The position numbers and the translations under genes were made by a program. Below the pieces are notes generated by a model. The model worked only from the letters and a program-made list of their open reading frames with translations, did not search any database and was not told where the DNA came from. A DNA stretch of 64,000 nucleotides, from positions 248,001 to 312,000 of the forward strand of contig ML996708.1 in the NCBI GenBank assembly GCA_010356995.1. Reading direction: 5' to 3'. Below are positions 1 through 10,681 of the stretch, one piece after another; the stretch's first letter is position 1, and the number at the start of each line of letters is the position of its first letter. Origin of the DNA: Trichodelitschia bisporula (Eukaryota).

Positions 1-323
1 GACCCGACCATACGGCTAGCTAAAACAAGCCTGGGCGTAATCAAGCTATTATTATTATTATTAGCTGACGCGTTGTAAGTGCATCGCGTGTTAAAATTTA
101 TATAGGGTTTATAGCTTTCTTAGCGTCTTAGCGCTAAGCGGTGCGTATAGCCATAAAATAGAACTTTAAATCTTGATACACTCATAACGCATTAGTTAAT
201 AAAGAAAAATGAGTTCATTAGAATCGCCTCGACGAGCCGCATCTTTTAACACTTTATTTGGCATAATAATAATAATAGCTTGATTACGCCCAGGCTTGTT
301 TTAGCTAGCCGTATGGTCGGGTC
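1..323. repeat. Perfect 60-bp inverted repeat (1-60 vs 264-323); probable MITE/foldback element, may extend left of the window
   Basis: gacccgaccatacggctagc...tattattatta at 1-60 is the exact reverse complement of 264-323. Confidence 0.85.
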
Positions 324-1250
324 TCACCACTTTAGGAGTGGGTTTGACCAATTTCTTTGGTTCTACACGGCAAAAACCCTCCCTGGAAGGGTTGAGGAAA
401 AGCCCTGGAAGTCGTCCTTTGGAGAGGGGCATGTGAGCCCCACGCCTTCAACATATGTTTATCGTCTTTTCTTTGCACTATTCTTGTGTGTCCCAAGCGA
501 GAACTTGGCTGCACGCCGAGAAACTGAGAAACACTCCATATCCCAATTAAACCCCAAAAACGCCGAACGCCTAACTTTATTTGGCATAATAACGTTGTGT
601 GGAATATAGTGTAATCTTCATATAGCTGGACTTCAATAATTAGCTATAAGTACGCTACTGTGGCTGAAAAATCCTCGTCTTCTAGTTGGCTGTTTGGGAG
701 AGGTGTGAACCGTAGGTATAAACGGCTAATTTTTTTGGTGTGCGTAGAATAGTTCCCGCGGCAGGCTATTAGGCCAGCTATGAAAATTGGATATTTGTCA
801 CGATGAGCACTATTGGCTAAGGGTTTCCAACTTTATTGATATCGTCGCTTTTAGATATAAGCATCCGCGCTTTTGGCTATCGGAAACTCAGATCTTAATA
901 TTGCGATTGTAATGTTAGGTTCAAAAACTAAAAAAGAGAAACTTTGCGTCTTCATATAATGCTAGAATATGCGCCTAAAACCTTTAGCCAAATCACAGCT
1001 CCGTGAGGGAACGTATTCCACGCACATCCAAAAACCCTGCCGTTTACACTTGCCTTGTACCCCACCCTCAGTCCAGTACCCGGACCATATCAGAATCTGG
1101 GGTTACCACGGCATCATCAACCACATCATGCGATGTAGATAAGACGAGATGAAATTTGTACCAAAGCATTGCTGCATCAAACGTAGCAGTTTGGCATTTT
1201 TGCTTTTTTTTAGGCGCGGTGAGTGTATCGCTGGGTAAAGCTTTGATAGG

Positions 1251-1472
1251 GGTTATTCCTTATACGGTCCAGGTACTTGCCTAGGTACACGCACATGTAT
1301 TTTCCTGGTCCAAATTGCTGTTATTAACCAATTAAAGAGCTAGAGTTTAGTTCCATTAAGAATTCTCAATTTTTGTAATAAATCCTAGCTGCTGAATTGG
1401 CTAATGACAGCGATTTGTACCCGGGCCGTACAAAGGATACCTGAACCAGTACCTGGGCCATACGAGGATAGC
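1251..1472. mobile_element. Degenerate MITE-like element, copy 1
   Basis: Imperfect terminal inverted repeats (ccttatacggtccaggtac / gtacctgggccatacgagg), an inner inverted repeat ctgttattaaccaatt / aattggctaatgacag, and a core aattaaagagctagagtttagttcc shared with copy 2. Confidence 0.6.
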
Positions 1473-1661
1473 TTTCCTCAGCGGCTTGGCGCTATGTAGT
1501 TACCAGACCCTAAAACAGAACTCCAAAACTGGTTGCAATATCAACGGCCTCATGAATAAAGATAACAATTTGATGTATATCATTGCTTTCGTAATCTACA
1601 TCGTTCACGGCCTTATTTATTTTAATGACGTGGTGGGAAGGCAGTGCAAAGTTGTATGGAT

Positions 1662-1885
1662 GGGGATACTCCTTGTACGGCCCAAGTACTGGCCCAAGCC
1701 CAGGTACTCGTCGCCCACGTACCAGCTATCATAAACAAATTAAAGAGCTGTGATTTAGTTCCGCAAAGATATCTCTTTTTCTGCAACAAATGCTACTTCC
1801 TTGCTTGGTTCAAGATAGCGGGTACGTTGGTAAAAAGTACCTGGGCCAGTACCATGGCCAGTATATGGGCCGTGTTAGGGATATG
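1662..1885. mobile_element. Degenerate MITE-like element, copy 2
   Basis: Same terminal motifs (ccttgtacggcccaagtac / gtacctgggccagtac) and core aattaaagagctgtgatttagttcc as copy 1. Confidence 0.6.
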
Positions 1886-4762
1886 TCTTCTGTATGAACA
1901 CGTAAGAGGAGGAAGGCAGAAAGAAAACGAGACTGCTACAGCAAGGCTGAGTAGGTCTGGGAGTCCCCCCCTTATTAGTCGAATATGGGAACATCACTCT
2001 TACAAGTTTAAAATTCCAGATAACCCGCTTTTGATGGCGTAGATAAAACTCCGAGTTGCAAAATGCTTAGCAAGTTATCAACATGTATCCTCACTTTTGC
2101 TAGCCTTATCAATCCTCTCAATGTTCGTTTATTCACTGCGCTAGAATACGAGTCTTAAAACTTTTGGGGGTCTTGGCACAAATATACTATTTTAACGGCC
2201 ATTTTTTATTTTAAGCTCACGCTCTACCACAACGCATGAGTAAACTTAGGGAGGCGCTAGAGAGCTCAAAAGCGCTAGGAGTAAAGTTATTACCCTGTTT
2301 ATTGTTTTGTGTAGCTTAGTATTTTGGCTAAGCCATTATTTCGAGACTGGTAAGACGCTAAACTCGAGGAAAAATTTTCCCTAGACATTTTACTAACGAC
2401 GGGGCTCACCCAGACTTATTGCTTATAACTGTGGACCGTAAGACCAAGGTCTTACGGCCCAAATACACAAGCCGTCCTAGGCTGTAAAGTACTCCTACGT
2501 AGTAGATGCGCTCTATTTTTTGACAGAAGCTGCATTTATTACGTTTCGAAGGTTCGAGACAAGTGGTTGAGAGAAAGCCTCAATGTATTATGAAGGTGAC
2601 ATGCGGGACATAATAAGAGAACAGCTGACCATGAATGCCGCACGTTCTGGACTCAGCCATAGTTAATTACAACAGACATCCCGCCCAAGGCGGGAAGTGT
2701 CAAGCTGGCTACCCTGCTCTCATACCCAAAGATTTTGACCTTTCACAGTGCAGACAGCTCTTGCTAGTTAACAGCCCTTACCTTCCATTGATGCCACTAA
2801 CAAGGTTCTGAGCAAACTAAGCAACAGATTATTTACCACATGGGGACCATCATACGCCATACCTAAATTTCTTTTCATGTCCAGTGCGGCTCCCGAAGGT
2901 CCATTCACACATCATTTCTAAATTAGGTAAAACTGCGGTACGAAGAAGATATCTAAGTCGAAAATCCCTACGTGGGGAAAGGCTCTTATCGAGATGCTCT
3001 ACGGGCAACTCTCCGGAGCACGCTTGGTTGGCTGTTAGTAGGTTATTGTTTTATCTGGCACTACCCGAACATTCACGCTCTATAGGGTCGGTTTTAACTC
3101 CTGACTTCATCGTCTCCAATGCTGTTACGTTGTATTCAGGGCTTCACGGCGCGACATAATATGCCGTAGACCAGCTGGAGATAACCGAGTCTTCTGAGCG
3201 TTTTGTAGACTTTTTAGGCAATTTACAGCTTCTTAAAATTAGATAGCCAACATACGCAGCATGATGCCCATTTTCCAATCATTGCAAGAGAACAGTGGTT
3301 CTTCAACATCTTTCAGGGCATTGGCAAAGGCTTTTATGCCATACGTGGAAACATTTCTAAACGAAATATATCTTACTCACCCTGTCTCAGTACGACCGGC
3401 AATTGAATCCATTTGCTTTTAACTATCATGCACTGGTGAGACGCGCTCTGCTTAGAGTGTAAAACTGTAATGGCCTTGATGGGATAATTGGTTGCCATTG
3501 CCCCCCGGTACATTCTCGCATTTCCTGGGGCTAGGGGCGCGTTGGTACGGTATGTCCGTCGGATCTTAGGGTGCGCCTCATCCCTTGTACGGCTGGCGTT
3601 GAAGTCTGGGTTTAAGAGCGTCTTGGGGCTGGCTGCACCCTGGGATTTACACTAATGAGCGAACAAATTGGAGAGCCAGATTCCTTAACAGCTGCATTTT
3701 GTAAGGAAAAAAAGCAGATCTCTAACTGGTCTGCCAATTAGCGTAAACCTCAGCGTGAACACCTGCCCTCTGCGCCTTTCGAACCGCAGCTTGAACCGCA
3801 ACCGTACAAAGGGTAATGATTTCGTTGAGCAGAGTAATTTGCTGTTCTTTGGTATTTATGCATCTTCAACAAGCGAGTGCCTTACGACTGAAAGTTCTGC
3901 TAAGCTCAATCGCTTTCACTTTCAGCCATGCCTCATATGTCCATCAACTGGAAGTCAAAAATCAAGCTGTGCTACGCTTATGGTACGTAGGCGTACTGAG
4001 ATGATACTTGGTTTGTTAGATACACCTATGAGACAAGGCCGTTTCCATTTCACCTGGTTAGGCGTATCACTGAGGGATATTATTGTTAGGCTACAAAGTT
4101 CTCATAAAATAAGGATGCGAGGAAGCCCAATGATTAGCCGGGGCAGAGCGATATGGTTAAAAGGCCTCGGCAGATGCTGGGTTATTAGAGCGGGCGGGCA
4201 TATGGGAAGGTGTCTCGGACTTTCCGGGTGCCTGTGGAAAATATCTTTCCGTGAATCGCATAAAAATCATTCAAGATATGGCTATCTGCAACATTCACAA
4301 CTGAACGGTTTTTATGACTTTTTATTGGAAGATACATCCAATATTGTTTACAAATGCTGCTTCCTCCGCTAAAGGAAACCCCAGTGACATGCCCATATGA
4401 CAGCAGTTTGAGTTGTATATTACTCGACGCCTTTAGCCAGACCAGGCTGGATTACGCATGGCTCAATGCTTTTATGCTAGTCGAATTCTGTATTTTTGAA
4501 GAGCTTTATTGTGGGGGTGTGTCCTTGACTACGCATCACGACGAAGGATTGAAATGGTTTAAAAATATTATCAGCACGCCGTTCGTTGATAGTTCCCAAC
4601 ATAGTTTGATGGGGCACCATGGAATCCGAGCTGCATCCTCACATGCAGGGGGCTCAAATGGGCGTACTAGTCAAGTAATCATTCACAAGCAAGATCCAGA
4701 AGCTACGAGGAGAAGAATAAAACCATACCATACTAGATATCCTTCCAGGGAGCCTGAGTTAC

Positions 4763-5245
4763 TGTCACGGTCACTGCAAGTGTGCACAAAGCACTGGATG
4801 CAGATGGATGATTGTGTCATAGCTCATGGTCGGTAGGATGCCTGAGGCCACGACTGATCGTCAGGGTCGCTTGCACCATCACTGTGGCTGTGGCTGTGTG
4901 GCTAGTGCGGGCTAGCGCCTCGCTTAGCCCCACACCCCTACACCGTGGTTGTGCTTGGCTTTGCCATTCTCTTCCTCTCTTTCCTCTGCATCTGATATTT
5001 ACAATCATCCATCTGCATCCAGAGCTTTGTGCACACTTACAATGACCGTGACAGATTGTAAATATCAGATACAGAGGAAAGAGAGGAAGAGGATGGCAAA
5101 GCCAAACACAACCACGGTGTAGGGGTGTGGGGCTAAGCGAGGCGCTAGCCCGCACTAGCCACACAGCCACAGCCACAGTGGTGGTGCAAACGACCCTGTC
5201 GATCAGTCGTGGCCTCAGGCATCCTACCGACCATGAGCCATGACA
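4763..5245. mobile_element. Solo LTR (239 bp when rejoined: 4763-4814 + 5059-5245), interrupted by a nested copy
   Basis: Ends TGTCA...TGACA; 5-bp target-site duplication GTTAC at 4758-4762 and 5246-5250. Confidence 0.9.
4815..5053. mobile_element. Nested solo LTR of the same family, opposite orientation (239 bp)
   Basis: Ends TGTCA...TGACA; 5-bp target-site duplication GATTG at 4810-4814 and 5054-5058; near-identical reverse complement of the outer LTR. Confidence 0.9.
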
Positions 5246-5344
5246 GTTACCTACGTAGAAATGCATAGAACTATGCTAGTAAATACTAGTTAACTATAAA
5301 TTCTCATCCCCATCAACTTCATGTAAGCTTTTGGGTTAAAAAAA

Positions 5345-5912
5345 GGCTACCACTGAAACCGTACCCCGAGTTACTGGAGCCGCACCCCAAGTTACTGGAA
5401 CCGCCCCCCTAGGGATAGTGGTTAGGGTTAGAGTTAGAGTCAGAAAAGGTTATATATTTTATTAGTCAGAAAGTTTAGGGTGTTATCAAGTCTGGGGCTC
5501 TTGGGGTGTGGTGGATCATAGTTCAGTCAGCTCGCCTCAGCTCAGGGTTGGCTGCCTCAGGCAGAAAGGCTAGGATCAGCCCGGTTGGACCTGCAGGAAT
5601 CATAGCTCGATGGCAGTCACCACTCTGGGGTTGTGGCAGGCAGCACTGCAGCATGACAGGCAGCACTGATTCATAGCAGACATGTTTGGATTGGCAGCAG
5701 GCATAGATGGTTTATTTGCTTGTCTGCCTTACGCATATCAGCCGTTCCCATCCTTTAGATGGGTTGCTTGCTCCCACATCTCACACCAAGCATCATCTCT
5801 CTCTGGTTTCTCTCACTCTGTTCATCGTGACGCTCATCCACGTTTCGATAGGTGTGGTTCTAGTAGATTAGGGTGTGGCTCGACTAACTTGGGGTGTGAT
5901 TCCAAGTTAGCC
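5345..5912. mobile_element. Degenerate non-autonomous terminal-inverted-repeat element
   Basis: Roughly 65-bp imperfect TIRs built of tandem ccgcaccccaagttactgga subrepeats (5345-5410) and their reverse complement (about 5850-5912); no transposase ORF. Confidence 0.55.
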
Positions 5913-8462
5913 TAAAAAAGCTTTTCATTGGGTTCATCGACCAACGAAGGGAACTGATTATCGTGCCTTAAAAATCAGAGACATACGCCATAAACGTCGG
6001 TACGCTCCAGTCGGGATAGGAGTCCAAGCCCCGATAAGTGGGATTGCTCGCATACCCTCTCACATAGCAAGCGAGCCGGAACGCGGACCAAAGAGGCCTT
6101 CGAGCATTAATTGCTAAATGCCATTTTAACGAATAACAAGTACGCAGGTAGCGGACAAGCTGAACAGAGTAGCAATGCATTATGGGACTCCGGATGGGAG
6201 GCCATAAAATTTGCTCGTTAGAACGACGATTGCCCAACTGCCAAGCGCTTACTAATCGAAGGAAATTAATATACCCTCTGCTATGTAACCCCCCCTACTT
6301 TTCTCGCGAAAGCCTGAGGTTCCCGCCCAGCAAACTCCCGTAATTGGAAATCATGAGCTCTGAGAAATGCAGCGGAGTTAAATGGGCACCGTTGCACCCC
6401 GCATTCGTAGACTTTTTATAGCTTAATAGCAAGTTATTTCCAGGTACGAGAAGCTAAGGAAAGTGTTGAATTACATGTTCGATCCTAGAGATTTATCGGG
6501 TCATGGATTGTAAAATATTTCCATGGCACAGGCAGGTCAATATTCTATTTAGTTTGATGGTGTCGTAAAACATTGTCATTCAGCAGCAAAGCTCGTATGT
6601 GGCTTGTTAGGGTGAGGCGGCTTAATTGACTTGAACGTTGTACAGGCCCTGTCTTATCTTTGGCGGGAAGTTTGGCTACGGATTCTCAGGCCCGTATCCA
6701 AAGTTTTAGGTGAGCGCATAGATTACCTTCTCCAACGATAAAGTGTACGTAAGGCGTCAATCCATCGATTTTACTTGCTCAGACACAGCTCGCGGGTGTT
6801 GATTGTAAGGACGGCCTCGAGCGTTGCTGGACTATAAACCAGTTGCCTTCGGTGGTTGGCCTAATGTGCCTGGCAGATCGTACGCTATTTTGCACATTAG
6901 CACCAATTGCTGGCATGTGCCTTTTGTATGGAACCCTGCTAGATCTCTTCATTGATGTTGCTATGAGTCGATAGCAATGATATCATTTTGCGATGGTACG
7001 TTTTACGGCCTGTTCCGGTTCAGCGAATACGTGGACGGTGGTCACGCTGTGGAAGCGGCGTTCTGAGATCGGAGAACGAGAAGGTCCTGCTTACCTCCTT
7101 ACCCGTTCAGTCGAAACCCCTTGTCCCATATTACGGATGTCCTCGCTGGAGTCCACGTAACTGGTGGACCAATCAGGAGAGCAAGAATTTTAACTGAGGC
7201 GTTCTGTAAAGAAGTCTAGCTCTTTGCTTGGTCCGCCGGTAACGCCCATGCCAGGGTGAACGCAAGCGAGGATACCCACTGTACAAGCCAAAAATCCGTC
7301 CTTCGAGTTACCGGGTCTTAGGCAACGCTCGGAAAAGATTCCTCCACCGTGCCGGACCAAAGGTAACAATGTGGCGTATCTATGTACAAATGTTGCCTCC
7401 TTTCGTCTTCTAATCGACTAGTTTCTCTAAACTCATTTTTGCTCGTGTCCCAGTTCATAAATCACTACAATGAATTCGGCTGAAACACTTTGGGGACGCT
7501 GCCGACTTTGACCTACCTCCTATTCCAGTCGTTAATTAGTGCACTTACCATGGTCGTACCCTTGCAGATTAAGGGCTGACGTCGCCGCTCTTAAATAGCC
7601 TTCGCGGTGGCTCCGCTTCTTCAGGTATGCCCAGTGTCCTTTTTTGGCTGTATGGAAGTTGAAATAATTGCGCGGTGCATGTGATTGGCCTAGTCTGGGC
7701 AACAGTTTTAAATATGCGACAGAGCTAGAGACTTTACTCCGAAGTGCCGACCCTTAGAACTGACAGTAGTTACAGCTCCACATACACCTCCGTTTCAGGC
7801 CTCACCTCTGGGCCACACGGTTATTGGTCATTCTACTAGAGCGTTCAATTGCCTTACTGTTATTCCCCCCTGTCTCCAAAAATATATATATATATGACGC
7901 TTAGGCGGTGCATTTCTAGCTCGAGTATGACTGACGACACACCCCGTTATGTGCCCAACAAGTTGTGCAGTCGGCTCTGACAACAAATACATCGCTGGTC
8001 CCGAATGAAGTCAATGAGGGGTGAGGGATTAGCGATGAGGGACGTAGAGAAGACCGTAACTGTGGAACTACGATGTACAAAAAGGTCGAATTCAGGTGCC
8101 TCAGTAGCTTCCTTGGGGTGCTTCACGGTATTCAGCCAACGTGTATTGCTAGCAATACCAAAGCAAGCGCTACACAAATCGTACCGTAGATAATGAGGCG
8201 CGTGGCATTCTTCATCGCTGCTGGACCTCATTTACTTGCCAATGGAAGCGTTGTGAGCCTACTGGCGGTGGGGCGTAGGATCACCGAGAATCACCAGGGC
8301 GGACGCGAACCCGGAGCCGGAGCCCGTTTTTTAGTTCCAGGTTCATACAGAAGAACGAAAGTGCTGATGGCTGCGGCGACAAAATACCGGGAACTACCCG
8401 TCGAGGACATCCCGTCGAGGTCCGGTGATAGCCGGGTATCGGTGGACAAAAAAGGAATTATC

Positions 8463-8561
8463 CGAGCGACCCCGGACTCGAACCGAGAACCTTCGCCTTG
8501 CCATGCGCACATTCCTGTGTCGGCATAGGAGGGCGACGCGCTACCATTGCGCCAGCCGCCC
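8463..8561 (-). tRNA. tRNA-Arg(CCT) with a ~27-nt intron
   Basis: Acceptor stem GGGCGGC/GTCGCTC, D arm GCGC-AATGGTA-GCGC, anticodon stem TCGCC/GGCGA with loop CT-CCT-A then an intron, T-loop GGTTCGAGTCC, T6 terminator downstream. Confidence 0.9.
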
Positions 8562-9053
8562 AAGATGTTGACGAATTTTACGGTTTTGTTAACATGAGGC
8601 TGGCAACATAGCACAACCTTTCATCTGAACCGAGTCAAGATGAATAGCTTCACTACCCCTCAATGTCAAGAGCTGGCAAACGTAAAACAAGTGAAGCAGG
8701 AACGCCGACGGGCTTGAAAACACTCCTAAGGTACCATACAGTAGCCGGAATGCTGGGGGCTTCGGCGTTGATAGAGCGGCTTGCCGCACCAGTCACTCAG
8801 GGCATGGCCGGGTAGCATATCGTGAAAAGCGCATCTTCTGCACACCGAAAGACTATTGCTTGTTCAGCCGATCCATCTCATTGGTTACCACTCCAGGCAT
8901 ACGTTTAGAGACGTAAAACAAAAGTCTCAAGAGACGACAAGTTACTAAAACAGACGCCCGTACCCATTCTCTCCTATTGAAATCGCAAACTGGACACCAC
9001 AAATGCAACCCCCCGTGCCATGGTATCATCCCCAAACGCCGTATAATGTCCTG

Positions 9054-10209
9054 CTACTCGTCGACTTCACCCTCCTCGCTCCCCGCCTCCTCTGCCTCCG
9101 CCCCCGCCTCGTGATTGCCGCTCTGTGAAGACTCAGCACCCTCATCTGTCCTACTCCGCTTCGATGCCAAACCGTCGTTATGGCCGTTTCCTATACCGTT
9201 TTCATCGCTCCTCGGCCGCTTCGTGGCACCTCCCGCCTCGCTCCCACTACCACCGCCGGCCCACACAGGACTCGTGGATTCCTGGACACGCCTTAGCGTC
9301 ATTTTGGCGGGGCTGTCGTCGCTGTGCAGCGGAGTCCGCAGCCCGACATAGATGCTATCTGTACCAGGGCGTTGTGCCGATGCCTCAAAGTTGTCAGCCA
9401 TATAATTACAGGCACGCTTAATGTCCACAAGGCTGAGCTTGTGCGCCGCCCACCACGGGCGGCCGAGTTCATCATCGGCAAAGACCTCGCCCGTCGACTT
9501 GGCGCCAGCATACAGCGCGGCTGCCGCAATGACTCGCGCAGGTTGTAGAAGGCAGAGCTGCGTCGTGGCGGCATCGTTAAGGAATCCCCAAGCGGCGTCG
9601 CGCAGTTTCTTGTGATGATGAACGTTGTGAAGCTTTATCATGTCGTAGAGAAGTTTGTAGGGCGAGTCGATGGTCAGGTCGAAGCAGAGGAGCTCCAGCA
9701 ACACGTCCTCGTTGAGCAGGATCGTATCTCGCCAGCGCCAAAAGTCTTTGGTCTGTTCGTCGACTTGGAGCGAGGGATTCTTCTGCGCAACGCGACAACA
9801 CGCAATCACCAGGTCGCGTAGCTTCCGGCAGTGCTCCTCAGCCTTTGTCGCTAGGAAGATAGTTGTTGCAGCAACTTGCTGGGCAGATGATAAGCGGTTG
9901 ATACGCAGCTCACGGGGAACGTACGTAATGATGGAGGGGTTTGTGGCCATCCTTGGGTACGAGCGAATAGCGCATTAGGAAGCGGTTGAAGAGGACAGCA
10001 GCCGTGGACAGTGTCGTTTGCGGGATCTTGAGCATGATTCCGACTTGCGTGATAAAGTGCATGCCTTTGCTACGCAATTGGCGCTCCTCCTCCGCGGTCA
10101 TCCCGTCCACAATTGATGGCACCCTCAGCAGTTCGTCTTCGGAGAAGAGCCACTGCTTCTCCGCTTCGGCGAGGACATCGTTTGGGTCTCGAGAGGGCTC
10201 TTGTGACAT
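9054..10209 (-). CDS. Transcriptional cyclin (cyclin K/T, Pch1/Bur2-like); exons 10209-9925, 9878-9054
   Basis: QWLFSEDELLRVPS, cyclin box (STAAVLFNRFLMRYS, IFLATKAEEH, LELLCFDLTIDSPY); intron 9924-9879 GTACGT..CAG. Confidence 0.9.
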
Positions 10210-10681
10210 GTCGGTGGTGTGTAATGAGTAGGTAGTGAATGCTGCCGACTTTTCGGGGGGTGAGCGTGATGACGACAGAAGAGGCATTCTCGCGGTGGAG
10301 GTGGAGACGTTGAGGTCATTCCCGCTGGGTGCAAACAAGGGCCTGGCCAGTGCTTCCGGTACTCGAAGGTCGCAGAGCCTCAAATCCAGGCATCCAGGCG
10401 GACGAGGCAAAAATTAAAGTAACAGCCAAGCTGCAACTTGCGCATAGGAAAGGTGCAAAACTTCAGTGTCGTCGACCTTCTTGATGAAAATGCCATCTAT
10501 TCATTAAACATCCAGCCCTCTGTTCACGTGCTTGCGCGGCGGCCACTTTGCCGAGCCCGATCGAACGACCCGACAAACTACTACTCGTAGGGTTAACCAT
10601 AAACTTTTTCCTGCCACACCCTACAAACGTTTTTCCTCCACTCCACAGGCCTCAGATTGGATGAAGGCTTCATAATACCGT

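Noticed and set aside
2437..2480. Perfect 10-bp hairpin ccgtaagacc-aa-ggtcttacgg followed by CTAG as a Helitron 3' end
   Set aside because: Spacing to CTAG is long, the next base is not T, and no 5' end or Rep/Hel remnant is visible
3755..4836. ORFs of 205, 62 and 160 aa, one with a signal-peptide-like start, as an effector gene
   Set aside because: No recognisable motif; candidate introns are implausibly short (33-37 nt); no coherent gene model could be built
4812..5266. Two similar ORFs on opposite strands
   Set aside because: Artefact of the nested inverted solo LTRs
5421..5440. TTAGGG-like run as a telomere or telomerase template
   Set aside because: Only one perfect unit plus degenerate copies, inside a transposon remnant
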